Positions 20,651 through 29,916 of a DNA stretch of 64,000 nt are shown piece by piece. The position numbers and the translations under genes are program-made. Below the pieces are notes generated by a model. The model was not told the DNA's origin. It worked only from the letters and a program-made list of their open reading frames with translations, and did not search any database. This stretch comes from Gemmatimonas sp. (GTDB lineage Bacteria; Gemmatimonadota; Gemmatimonadetes; Gemmatimonadales; Gemmatimonadaceae). The stretch covers positions 1,760,001-1,824,000 of the forward strand of contig OZ257156.1 in the NCBI GenBank assembly GCA_965279375.1. Reading direction: 5' to 3'. Positions within the stretch are counted from its first letter, which is position 1. The number at the start of each line of letters is the position of its first letter.

Positions 20651-21235
20651 TCAGTCCAACATGTCGCATAGCGAGATCGAAAGCCCGGGGAGCGGCTCCT
20701 CGCCGTCCAGAAGACCGCCCTCCGGTTCGTCTGCTGCGATGATCGTTTCGCTGCCATCCGCTCGATAGACTCGGGCCTGTCGTCGCGCTGGATCTATCAC
20801 CCACACCAGCCGACTGCCCGCGTTGAGCCAATCGCCAACTTTGGCGAGCACTTCCCCCGCTCGGTCACCCGGAGACAACACTTCGACCGCAAGATCGGGC
20901 GCGAACTCCGCGAAGCCACGCGGTACGTCCGTTGGAATTCGTGCCGCGCTGACGTACGCGACGTCAGGTGCGCGCACGGTGTCCGGGCCGCGTCGCAGCG
21001 TGAATCCCGTTTCGGCGGCGAGTACGCGTCCACGAGGGGCCGAAAGTCCCAGCGCCGTGCGCTCCGCGGTGAGATGAGTACTGATCGCCACCAGTACCCG
21101 CGCGGCGACGTCGCCGTGAAGCCACTCCGCTGGCTCGCGCACGATCAGCCGACCGTTCACCAACTCGGTGCGCATGTGCGGCACCGGGTTCTCCAGCAAC
21201 TCCTCCGCCGTCATCAGCACTGGTACCGGAGACAT
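20651..21235 (-). CDS. Uma2-family (PD-(D/E)xK) endonuclease-like protein
   Basis: ELVNGRL, RAPDVAYV, APDLAVEVLSP, VWVIDP; AAGGAGG RBS (alternative start 21271). Confidence 0.9.
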   Translation of the reverse strand: MSPVPVLMTAEELLENPVPHMRTELVNGRLIVREPAEWLHGDVAARVLVAISTHLTAERTALGLSAPRGRVLAAETGFTLRRGPDTVRAPDVAYVSAARIPTDVPRGFAEFAPDLAVEVLSPGDRAGEVLAKVGDWLNAGSRLVWVIDPARRQARVYRADGSETIIAADEPEGGLLDGEEPLPGLSISLCDMLD

Positions 21236-21329
21236 CGCGGCCCTCCTTCGAATCGCCCGAGAGTTTGTCATCCCCCCACGCTACGGCGCGCCGTCAACCG
21301 GACATCATCGCACGGCGCGCTCGCGCTCC

Positions 21330-22217
21330 CTACTTCACATTCGCCCGGAAGAACGCGACCGTCCGATCCCACGCCAGCTTTGCCGCCGTCGCATCGAACC
21401 GCGGGGTCGTGTTGTTGTTGAAGCCGTGCTGCGTGCCCGGGTACACGAACCGCTCGTAGCGCACTTCCGCAGCCTTCAGCGCCGTCTCGTAAGCGGGCCA
21501 GCTGTCGTTGATGCGCTGGTCCGTTTCTGCACTCTGAATGATGAGTGGCGCCTTGATCTTGGGTACTTCGGCCAGATCCGGCGACGAGCCATAGAACGCA
21601 ACGCCGGCCGAGAGGTCGCCTCCAAGCTGCGTGGCCAGGAAGTTCACCATGCCGCCGCCGTAGCAGAAACCCACGGCGCCGATCTTTCCTGTGCACTCGG
21701 GGCGTGCCTTCAGAAATCCGGCCGCGGCGATGAAGTCCTGTCGCGTCTTCGGCTGCTCGAGCTTGGGAAACACTTCGCGTGCCTTCTCTTCGTCGCCTGG
21801 ATAGCCGCCCAGCGGAAAGAGTGCGTCCGGCGCGAACGCCACGAATCCGTCCGTCGCCAATCGACGCGCGATGTCTTCGATGTGCGGGTTGAGACCGCGG
21901 TTCTCGTGAATCACCAGCACGCCGGGCGCCTTGCCACCGCTTGATGGCTTGGCGAGATAGCCGCGCATCGTGCCGTAGCCGTTGGGAGACGGATACTCGA
22001 TGTACTGCTGCTCGATGCGCGCGTCGTCGTGCGCAATGACCTGCGCCTCGAGGAACTTTGGGCTCAGCTGCTCCAGCAGCATCAGCGCCGTCACGCCACC
22101 CACCGCGTACTTGGACGCCTTCTCCAGGAAGCCGCGGCGATCGATCCCGCCGTGAACGTAGGCGTCGAACAGAATGAGAAGGTCCTGATCGAAATCGTGT
22201 GCGGTCTTCTGTTCCAT
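21330..22217 (-). CDS. Dienelactone hydrolase family protein (YghX-like)
   Basis: YVHGGIDRRGFL, HENRGLNPHI, GFCYGG nucleophile, HGF. Confidence 0.92.
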   Translation of the reverse strand: MEQKTAHDFDQDLLILFDAYVHGGIDRRGFLEKASKYAVGGVTALMLLEQLSPKFLEAQVIAHDDARIEQQYIEYPSPNGYGTMRGYLAKPSSGGKAPGVLVIHENRGLNPHIEDIARRLATDGFVAFAPDALFPLGGYPGDEEKAREVFPKLEQPKTRQDFIAAAGFLKARPECTGKIGAVGFCYGGGMVNFLATQLGGDLSAGVAFYGSSPDLAEVPKIKAPLIIQSAETDQRINDSWPAYETALKAAEVRYERFVYPGTQHGFNNNTTPRFDATAAKLAWDRTVAFFRANVK

Positions 22218-22369
22218 GGCAGGGCGGGGCGGGAGTGAGTCGTGACCAGACGACGAAAAGCTACGGCGTACGACTACGCCTCCGCGAGGAGTCGCCTTGC
22301 TGGCGTGTCCTCACGGAGGCGTTCTCCACCTGGCCTCCGCGAACGCACTGTCGCGATTCGCCGGTAGCG

Positions 22370-22981
22370 CTATCTCGTCGTCACGCCGCGTAGTTCAGCG
22401 GCGGCCTTCTCGAGAATCGCGGTGATCGCCGCAATCTGCTCCGGGCTCCGACGACCGTTCATCATCGCCGCACCAAACTCCTTGGCCAGCCCGATCATCG
22501 CCTCGCGTGCCGGACGCACGCCGTCACCAAAGACGGCATCGCCGAACTGACTCACGCGGTCGAACAGCTCGTCTACCACCGGACGATTCTCTGCGAGGTG
22601 CGCGCGACCCGCATCGGTGATGGCGTACACCTTCTTGCCGCCCTCTTCCGGTGTGGCCACCGCATAGCCCAGATCCTCGAGCATCGTCAGCGTCGGGTAG
22701 ATCGCGCCAGCACTCGGCGTGTATCGCCCGTGCGAGCGCTCCTCCAGCTCCTTGATGATCTCGTAGCCATGACGCGGCTTTTCATCGAGCAGGCGCAGGA
22801 TCACCAGCTTGAGATCCCCCTGATCGAACATTCGGCCGCCACCGAACGGTCCACCGCGCCGCTTCGGTCCGCCGCCGCCAAAGAACGCACTGAAATCGGC
22901 GTCGAACCCCGTCCACGGCCGACGGCTGCGGCAATCCGCGCCACGCGCGTCGAACCGCCATTCCTTGTGGTGATGCCACAT
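22370..22981 (-). CDS. PadR-family transcriptional regulator
   Basis: GDLKLVIL..PRHGYEII..PSAGAIYPTL..KKVYAITDAG; AAGGAG RBS. Confidence 0.93.
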   Translation of the reverse strand: MWHHHKEWRFDARGADCRSRRPWTGFDADFSAFFGGGGPKRRGGPFGGGRMFDQGDLKLVILRLLDEKPRHGYEIIKELEERSHGRYTPSAGAIYPTLTMLEDLGYAVATPEEGGKKVYAITDAGRAHLAENRPVVDELFDRVSQFGDAVFGDGVRPAREAMIGLAKEFGAAMMNGRRSPEQIAAITAILEKAAAELRGVTTR

Positions 22982-22996
22982 GGTGTACTCCTTGTT

Positions 22997-23073
22997 GAGA
23001 TATGTCTCGCGCAATATCGAACGATATATCGCAAGATGTATCGTACGATAGTTCTCGCGATATATCGTGTCAA
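22997..23073 (-). promoter_or_regulatory. padR sigma70 promoter overlapped by six 12-bp-periodic GATATATC-like boxes
   Basis: Minus-strand TTGACA(23073-23068)-N17-TATCGT(23050-23045); boxes at 22999, 23011, 23023, 23035, 23047, 23059. Confidence 0.75.
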
Positions 23074-23125
23074 GTAGCCCGTGGTGCGGTCGCCAGCCGA
23101 GGGCTGGTGGCGGTACCTTCGCCCC

Positions 23126-24370
23126 ATGCGACTCCAATTCCTCGCCCGCTCTGCGGTCGCGCTCTTCGCGATCGCCACGCTGACTCCCGCGGCACAACCG
23201 CTCGGTGCGCAGGGTGGCGCTGGAGCCGCCGACACCAGTTGGGCCGCGCTGCAGGCCACGTTCCGGCGCTACGTCGCCTCGGACAGCATCGTGGGCGCCT
23301 CACTGCTCGTCGCTCGCAACGGCGTTCAGCTCCAGCGCGACAACGTCGGACTCGCCGACCGCGCGCTCAATCAGGGCGCCAACGACGCCACCATCTACCA
23401 CTGGGGCTCGATCACCAAGACGCTCACCGCCGTCGCCATCATGCAGCTTCGCGATCGCGGCAAGCTCTCCCTCGACGACCGCGTCACGCGCTGGCTGCCG
23501 GAGCTCCGGCGCATCCACAACCCGTACGGGTCTATGGATGACATCACCATCCGCATGCTGCTCTCGCACAGCGCCGGTACGCGCAACGGCACGTGGCCCT
23601 ACGGCGACGGCAGCGCGTGGCAGCCCTTCGAGCCCACGTCGTGGGAGCAGCTCGTCGCGATGATGCCCTATCAGCAACTGCTCTTCGCGCCCGGCACCCG
23701 TTACGGCTACAGCAATCCCGCGTTCGTCTATCTCGCGCGCATCATCGAAGCGATCACCGGCGATCCGTGGGTGCACTACATCCAGAAAAACATCTGGACG
23801 CCGCTCGGGCTCACGCACAGCTACGTCAACGGCACGCCCTATCATCTCGCCGCGGATCGCAGCAACAACTACACAGTCGTCCGCGACTCGCTGTCGGGTA
23901 ACGCTGCGTCGCCGTCGTTTCGTCTGATCGCCAACGGGCGTGACTTCGACCCGGGCATCACCATCCCCAATGGCGGTTGGAATGCGCCTGTCGGCGATAT
24001 TCTTGGCTGGGCAGCGTTTCTCACCAACGCCACGGGCGGCGAAGCGCGCGCCCAGAAGACGTTCGACACCGTGCTTTCCCGGAAGTCGCTCGACGAGATG
24101 TGGCGCGCCGTCGTACCGCTCGACAACACCAAGCCCGCTGAGGGCGCGATGGGGTTGTCATTTTTCCTCTACGAGCGCGGCGCCGAACGCATCATCGGTC
24201 ACACCGGCTCTCAAGCGGGCTTTCGCGCATTTCTGTATTTCAATCCGCGCAGCAAGCGCGTGGTCATCGCCGTCTACAACACCAGCAGCGACGTCATACT
24301 GAACGGCGCCGCCCAGGCACAACGTGCCCTGAACGACGCCGTCTTTCGCTATCTCGAGAAGGCGCCCTAG
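23126..24370 (+). CDS. Serine hydrolase, beta-lactamase class C-like family
   Basis: SITK (SxxK), LLSHSAG, YSN, HTG motifs; signal peptide. Confidence 0.9.
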   Translation: MRLQFLARSAVALFAIATLTPAAQPLGAQGGAGAADTSWAALQATFRRYVASDSIVGASLLVARNGVQLQRDNVGLADRALNQGANDATIYHWGSITKTLTAVAIMQLRDRGKLSLDDRVTRWLPELRRIHNPYGSMDDITIRMLLSHSAGTRNGTWPYGDGSAWQPFEPTSWEQLVAMMPYQQLLFAPGTRYGYSNPAFVYLARIIEAITGDPWVHYIQKNIWTPLGLTHSYVNGTPYHLAADRSNNYTVVRDSLSGNAASPSFRLIANGRDFDPGITIPNGGWNAPVGDILGWAAFLTNATGGEARAQKTFDTVLSRKSLDEMWRAVVPLDNTKPAEGAMGLSFFLYERGAERIIGHTGSQAGFRAFLYFNPRSKRVVIAVYNTSSDVILNGAAQAQRALNDAVFRYLEKAP

Positions 24371-24386
24371 TCGGGGCGCCCAATGG

Positions 24387-24779
24387 TCACGGCAGCTTCT
24401 TGGCGTCGAACGGGAAGGCGCCCATGCCGGCGAGTTCGAGCTGGCCGACCATGGCGTTGTTGTCCTTCACCACGCCTGTGCCACGAAGCTCCGCCTGCTG
24501 GCCACCCATGTCGATCGTGAACGTGAACATCACGGTGTCGCCCGTGACGGTTCCGGTAAGCGGGCGGACACCGCCCATTTCAGGGATATCCCACGTGCCA
24601 CTCACCTTCCCACCTTCCTGCTTGAGCACCACTTCCGAGGTGCGCGTCTGGTCGGGGGCGGCGACGCTGAACGCCCACTTGCCGGTCACGTCGGCAAAGA
24701 GGTGCTGCGCGGCAGCGGTGACAGCGGAGAGCGACAGCATGGCCGCGGTCGCAATGGCGGCGATCTTGGTTCTGGTCAT
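24387..24779 (-). CDS. Secreted small beta-rich hypothetical protein
   Basis: Signal peptide (AAA-Q), ADVTGKW..LKQEG..GT pattern. Confidence 0.75.
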   Translation of the reverse strand: MTRTKIAAIATAAMLSLSAVTAAAQHLFADVTGKWAFSVAAPDQTRTSEVVLKQEGGKVSGTWDIPEMGGVRPLTGTVTGDTVMFTFTIDMGGQQAELRGTGVVKDNNAMVGQLELAGMGAFPFDAKKLP

Positions 24780-24834
24780 GGCACGAGGGGCGAAAGGGGG
24801 GACTGAAATCTGACCACAAACCTACGCGCGAAGT

Positions 24835-24949
24835 CTACCCGGGTGTCAGCCCCCCGTTCGACTCACCGACTACTTCATCATGGTCGGCGCGGGGTAGGCG
24901 GGCCGGACTTCGACCGCGCCGGTGAGTGCCGACGGAATCCGGGCCGTAG
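24835..24949. ncRNA. Candidate structured RNA element (family unassigned)
   Basis: Nested complementary segments (ACTCACCG/CGGTGAGT, CCGT/ACGG, CTAC..CCGG/CCGG..GTAG, GGCGCGG/CCGCGCC) in an intergenic region. Confidence 0.3.
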
Positions 24950-25001
24950 GATGCCTTGCTCGAACATGCGCCAACGGTCGATCCGCTCGCACGTCCGCGT
25001 C

Positions 25002-25044
25002 GTGCGTCCCATTCGTGTGTCCCATTCGTGTGTCCCATTCGTGT
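25002..25044. repeat. 13-bp tandem repeat x3 (GTGYGTCCCATTC)
   Basis: Units start at 25002, 25015 and 25028. Confidence 0.85.
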
Positions 25045-25208
25045 ACACTCGCTGTCCTCATTTCCGGAAGCCGCCCACCGCGCGCAGAAGCTAAAGCGTT
25101 GCTGTCGAACGGTTTGAGCGCCGCCCATCGGGCCGACGGTTGAGGTACGGATAATGCTGCAACACGGTTGAAAGCTCCCCGCCGTCTTTTCCTTCCCGGA
25201 GTGGCACC

Positions 25209-26810
25209 ATGAAACGTGCATTGTCCGTCGCCAGGTCCGACCCGCAGGCTGCCACACGCGCGCGCGTCGCGCCCACGCCCGTTACACTGACGCCCGTCGC
25301 GCTCTCGATCATCGCGCTCTCCGCTGCGGCGCTGATGTCGCCGATCCGGGCCCACGCCCAGATCGCCAGCGCCCCGCTCGCCGACAGCTACGACCAGTCG
25401 CGGTACTCGGCCAACCAACTCGACAACCTCGTCGGGCCGATCGCGCTGTATCCGGACGCGCTGCTCGCACAGGTGCTGGTCGCCGCCACCTTCCCCGACC
25501 AGATCGACGACGCGGCCAGCTACGTGCGCGCCAACGGGACCTCCGGCATCGACGACCAGCCGTGGGACGTCAGCGTGAAGTCGGTGGCGCACTACGCCTC
25601 CGCGCTCAACATGATGGCCGATAAGAGCGACTGGACCGCCACCCTCGGTCGGGCCTACGCCAATCAGTCGAGCGATGTCATGGCCGCCGTGCAGCGCATG
25701 CGCCGCATGGCTGATTCGCAGGGCAATCTCGTCTCCAATCAGCAGCAACAGGTGGTGCGCGAGGCCGACAACTACGTCATCGTGCCCGCCCAGCCGCGCG
25801 TCATTTATGTGCCGGTTTACGATCCGGTCATCATCTACACGCGGCCGATCTTCAACCTCGGATTCTCGAGTCGCTTCTGGTCGTTTGGCGTCGGCTTCCC
25901 GATCGGCGGCTGGCTGTCATACGATCTCGATTGGGGACGGCGCTCGGTCTACTACAACGGTTGGAGTGACGCCTACTTCGCGTATGGCGGCGGCTGGCGT
26001 GCACGGTCTCGTCCGTTCGTGCAGATCACCAACATCTACGTGAATCCGCGCTATCGCGACGTGTATGTGAATCGCAACGTCGTGCATCGCACCGTGAACT
26101 ACCGCAACGTCGATCGCTACGCCGGCGTGCATCGCGACACGTACTTCGACCGTGACGGATACCGGAACGGTGGGCGAGTCAACGCGCGTGACGGCTATCG
26201 CGATGGCAACGCGCGTGGCGGTGACACTCGCAACGGCAACGATCGCGGCGGCGACAACCGCGGCGGAGACAACCGCAACGGAAGCACGCGTGGCGGCGAC
26301 AGTCGCAATGGTGACAACCGCAACGGCGACAACCGCGGTGGCGACAACCGCGGTGGATTCCCGTACGGCAGCGATCTCGGTCGACGCGCAGAACCGCGCG
26401 CGGATCGCCCTGCAGCGACGCCCGATGGCTACCGCGTGGGCTCCACCGACCGTGGCACCACACGTGATCAGGGCGGCATGGCGAACGCGCCGGAAAATCG
26501 CCGGCGCGAGCCGGTGGTCCGCAGCAACGACATGAGTGTTGCTCCGGACGTCGGGCGTCCGGCGCGAGACAATGGCAATCCGTCGTACGGTGGAAACAAC
26601 GGCGGATACGGCGGCGGTGATGCACGTGGCGCACGTCCCGAACGTGTGGAGCGCGCTGCACCGGCACCGCGCGCGGAGCAGCCGTCGGCACCCAGGCAGG
26701 AGCGTGCGCGCGAGTCAGCGCCGCGTCAGTCGCAAACTCGCTCCGCGCAGCCGCGGGGCGAGCGTTCCTCCAACAACGGCGATCGCGGCCGAGGACGTCA
26801 GGGCGCCTAG
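25209..26810 (+). CDS. DUF3300-domain protein with low-complexity R/G/D/N tail
   Basis: QLDNLVGPIALYPDALLAQVLVAATFP, WDVSVKS, IYVPVYDP; tail with RGGDNR repeats. Confidence 0.88.
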   Translation: MKRALSVARSDPQAATRARVAPTPVTLTPVALSIIALSAAALMSPIRAHAQIASAPLADSYDQSRYSANQLDNLVGPIALYPDALLAQVLVAATFPDQIDDAASYVRANGTSGIDDQPWDVSVKSVAHYASALNMMADKSDWTATLGRAYANQSSDVMAAVQRMRRMADSQGNLVSNQQQQVVREADNYVIVPAQPRVIYVPVYDPVIIYTRPIFNLGFSSRFWSFGVGFPIGGWLSYDLDWGRRSVYYNGWSDAYFAYGGGWRARSRPFVQITNIYVNPRYRDVYVNRNVVHRTVNYRNVDRYAGVHRDTYFDRDGYRNGGRVNARDGYRDGNARGGDTRNGNDRGGDNRGGDNRNGSTRGGDSRNGDNRNGDNRGGDNRGGFPYGSDLGRRAEPRADRPAATPDGYRVGSTDRGTTRDQGGMANAPENRRREPVVRSNDMSVAPDVGRPARDNGNPSYGGNNGGYGGGDARGARPERVERAAPAPRAEQPSAPRQERARESAPRQSQTRSAQPRGERSSNNGDRGRGRQGA

Positions 26811-26821
26811 CCGTCGGCGCG

Positions 26822-26879
26822 CGCTGACAGCACACGGCGGTGTGTTGTCAGCGTTGCGTTGGAACGTTCAGCGCAACGC
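26822..26879. terminator. Double hairpin between convergent genes
   Basis: CGCTGACAGCACAC-GGCG-GTGTGTTGTCAGCG followed by GCGTTGCG..CGCAACGC. Confidence 0.6.
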
Positions 26880-26881
26880 GC

Positions 26882-28348
26882 TCAACGCTTTCGATCAGCG
26901 AGTTCCCGCTGCGCACCAGAGCGCGGCAGCAACACGCTGCACAGCACCATGGTCAGCACATTGAGCATCAGCGCGACGATCCCGATGTTGACATCGGTGA
27001 GCGCGGGCGGAAGTGACGGGAACATCGTTGGCAGCGTGAAGTCGCCAAGCGTCACCACGGCCACGGCGAGCTCGCCCACCACGATCCCCGCGATGGCACC
27101 CGCGCTCGTGACCATGCGCGACGGCATCAAACTGGCGAGCAAGCTCGGAAAGAGCTGCGTCACCATGCTGTAGGCCATCAGCAGCAGCGCGACCAGCGTG
27201 TCGCCGCCGCGGAACGTGAAGACCAGCGCCACCGCAGCGATTGCCGGCACCAATGCGCGCGCCAGGCGAACCGAGCCCGCTCCCTGCTGCGCGACCGCGG
27301 GCCTGAACAACCGCGACAGCGTGGTCGCGATCGTCATGAGAATGAGTGAGCCCGGCACCAATGCCGTGAGCAGCCCCGCCGCGCCAACGAACCCAACGAT
27401 CCACGGTCCGTACGCCAGCTTCGTCACGCGCAGCAATGCGAGATCCACATCCGCGCCCTTGAGTCCTGGAACGGACAACAGCGCTGCGAACCCCACGAAC
27501 AGCACGAACAGCAGAATGAGCTGATACAACGGCATCAGCGCGGCGTTGCGCCGAAACACATCGGCGCTCTTCGCGGAGAACAAACTGCCGAACGTATGCG
27601 GCCACATGTAGAAACCGCAGACCGTCATCAGCACGGTGCTGGCAAACCAGCTGGGCGACATCCCCACGTCCGGAAGCATCAGGAAGCCGGGATGCTCCGC
27701 GTTCACGCGAACGAACATCGCCGCGATGCCGCCGTGCAGTGTGTTGGGGAGTGCGATCGCGAGTCCGAGCACCGCCGCCAGCACCATCGCGTCCTTGAGC
27801 GCCGCCGTCATCGCCGATCCGCGAATGCCGGAGAGCGTCACGTACACCACGGTGGCGATGGTGCCAATCCAGATCGCCGTGGTGCTGCCGATCGCACCGT
27901 AGCTCGTTTCGGCCACGATGAGGCCCAACCCCTTGAGCTGCAGCACCAGATACGGAATGAGCGACGCGACACTCACCAGCGCGACCAGTCGCCCTAACCA
28001 CGCACTGTCATACGCCGTGGCGAAGTACTCCGCTTGCGACAGCACTTTCCATTGTGTGCCGCGGCGCCAGATCGCCGGCAGCAGCCAGTACGACATCACG
28101 TAGGCGACGGCACCGTAGGCCACGATGTAGAACGCCGGCGCGCCACGCCCGTACGCCCAACCGCTCCCGCCGAGAAAGGTGAACGTGGTGTACAGCTCAC
28201 CCGCCAGGAGCAGGAAGACCAGCCACGTGCCAAAGCCACGGCCTCCCATGCTCCACTGCTCGAGTGTCATGTCGCTGTGTGCGGCGCGCACGCTCAGTCC
28301 CAGCGCCAACAGCAGGGTCGCAGCCAGAATCGCGAGCGAGATACTCAC
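26882..28348 (-). CDS. Sodium:solute symporter family protein
   Basis: LAGELYTTFTFLGGSGWAY, multiple TM helices; GTGA overlap with the upstream small gene. Confidence 0.9.
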   Translation of the reverse strand: MSISLAILAATLLLALGLSVRAAHSDMTLEQWSMGGRGFGTWLVFLLLAGELYTTFTFLGGSGWAYGRGAPAFYIVAYGAVAYVMSYWLLPAIWRRGTQWKVLSQAEYFATAYDSAWLGRLVALVSVASLIPYLVLQLKGLGLIVAETSYGAIGSTTAIWIGTIATVVYVTLSGIRGSAMTAALKDAMVLAAVLGLAIALPNTLHGGIAAMFVRVNAEHPGFLMLPDVGMSPSWFASTVLMTVCGFYMWPHTFGSLFSAKSADVFRRNAALMPLYQLILLFVLFVGFAALLSVPGLKGADVDLALLRVTKLAYGPWIVGFVGAAGLLTALVPGSLILMTIATTLSRLFRPAVAQQGAGSVRLARALVPAIAAVALVFTFRGGDTLVALLLMAYSMVTQLFPSLLASLMPSRMVTSAGAIAGIVVGELAVAVVTLGDFTLPTMFPSLPPALTDVNIGIVALMLNVLTMVLCSVLLPRSGAQRELADRKR

Positions 28349-28551
28349 TGCTGATGTCGGTCGATCACGCCGATGAGCGCCATGCTCGCCGACGACAGCA
28401 GCGTTCCGATAACGATCCACGCCAAAAGGAACGGCATGCCGAGGACGAATGGCTCGATGCGATTGGCGAACCAAGGCGCGCCCAGCACCCACACGACCGG
28501 AATCAACGCGATCACGTGATGCGGCCGGAAGGCGCCGCGCTCGGCGGTCAC
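28345..28551 (-). CDS. DUF3311-family small membrane protein
   Basis: PWFANRIEPFVLGMPFLLAW; typical partner of SSS transporters. Confidence 0.85.
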   Translation of the reverse strand: MTAERGAFRPHHVIALIPVVWVLGAPWFANRIEPFVLGMPFLLAWIVIGTLLSSASMALIGVIDRHQQ

Positions 28552-28554
28552 AGG

Positions 28555-29751
28555 TCAGCCAAGAAGATCGAGCGTGGCCGCGACGAGATACTTGAGTCCC
28601 ACGCCCAGCGAGCGTTCGTCGATCTGGAAGCGCGGGTGATGATGCGGATACGCGATGCCTGCATCCACGTTGCCGGCGCCCACGAAGGCGAAGACGCCCG
28701 GCGCCTTCTGCTGATAGGCCGAGAAATCCTCGCCGCCCATACTGGGGCGCATCGGCGCGAGGATGTCGGCGCCAAAGGTGCGCTCCACCACCGAGGCCAA
28801 TCGCGCGGTCAACGCGGCGTCATTGACGACCGGTCGGTACCCGCGCTCGAAAGTGAGGTCGTAGGTGGCGCCGTGCGCTTCGGTGATCCCCTTGATGACG
28901 CGCTCCATCAACTGCGGTACGCGCGTGCGCACATTCGCGTCGAAGGTGCGATACGTACCCGCGAGATACGCCGCGTTGGGAATGACGTTGAACGTGGTAC
29001 CCGCGACGAACTGCGTCACGGAGACAACCACGTTGTCGAGCGGATCGACGTTGCGCGACACGATGTGCTGCAGCGCGGTGACCACCTGCGACGCAACGGC
29101 GATGGGGTCTACAGTCTCATGCGGTGCCGCAGCGTGTCCGCCCTTGCCGATGACGTGGCACTGGAAGGTGTCCGGTGCGGCCATCGCCGGCCCGGAAATC
29201 AGGCCGATCAAGCCGTAGGGCAGGGTGCTCCAGAGATGAAGCCCGATCACGTGCTGGACGCCGTCCATCACGCCCTGCTGCACCATCTCTTCCGCGCCGC
29301 CGGGGGAAAGCTCCTCGGCGTGCTGAAAGAAGAACCGCACTTCGCCACGCAGCGCATCGCGATGGCGTGCCAGTAGTGTGACGAGGCCGAGGACGATGGA
29401 GGTGTGTCCATCGTGCCCGCAGGCGTGCATCGAGCCTTCGTTGCGCGAGCGGTACTCGCTCTCGTGCTCTTCAAGGATGGGCAGCGCGTCGATGTCCGCG
29501 CGCACCGCGATCGTCGGGCCGGGCTGTGCACCCACCAGGCGCGCCATCACGCTCGTCTCGGTGGGGCGAGTGATCTCGAGCCCGTCGATGGAGGCAAGCG
29601 TTTCGCGAATGAAACGCGCGGTTTCGTGCTCCTGAAACGCCTGTTCCGGGTGCATGTGCAGGTGGCGACGCCACGCGATCACCTGCGGTGCGATCGCATC
29701 GGCCTCGGCCAGCAGTGACGGAAGATCGAGGGTAGGGGTGATCGTCGTCAT
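28555..29751 (-). CDS. M20D-family amidohydrolase
   Basis: RRHLHMHPE, RADIDALP, MHACGHDGH, QHAEE, GGEDF, HHP. Confidence 0.93.
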   Translation of the reverse strand: MTTITPTLDLPSLLAEADAIAPQVIAWRRHLHMHPEQAFQEHETARFIRETLASIDGLEITRPTETSVMARLVGAQPGPTIAVRADIDALPILEEHESEYRSRNEGSMHACGHDGHTSIVLGLVTLLARHRDALRGEVRFFFQHAEELSPGGAEEMVQQGVMDGVQHVIGLHLWSTLPYGLIGLISGPAMAAPDTFQCHVIGKGGHAAAPHETVDPIAVASQVVTALQHIVSRNVDPLDNVVVSVTQFVAGTTFNVIPNAAYLAGTYRTFDANVRTRVPQLMERVIKGITEAHGATYDLTFERGYRPVVNDAALTARLASVVERTFGADILAPMRPSMGGEDFSAYQQKAPGVFAFVGAGNVDAGIAYPHHHPRFQIDERSLGVGLKYLVAATLDLLG

Positions 29752-29916
29752 GTGCTCGTCATCAGGATGAGTCTGGAGCGCGGGGCGTGCGTGAGCCCGC
29801 GACCTCTCGGACGTAACCTAGCGCTCGTCGAACCTTCTGCGCACGGGTTCCCAAGGGATGCGGTTCTGCAGCGGGCCGGATGCAACCGATTCGCGTAGAA
29901 TCGCGTAAGTTCCGCC

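Noticed and set aside
20651..21271. Uma2 nuclease as a defence or mobile system
   Set aside because: Solitary gene with no methylase or partner; such paralogs are common stand-alone genes
23126..24370. True antibiotic-resistance beta-lactamase
   Set aside because: The motifs fit the broad class C-like serine hydrolase family; resistance cannot be inferred from sequence
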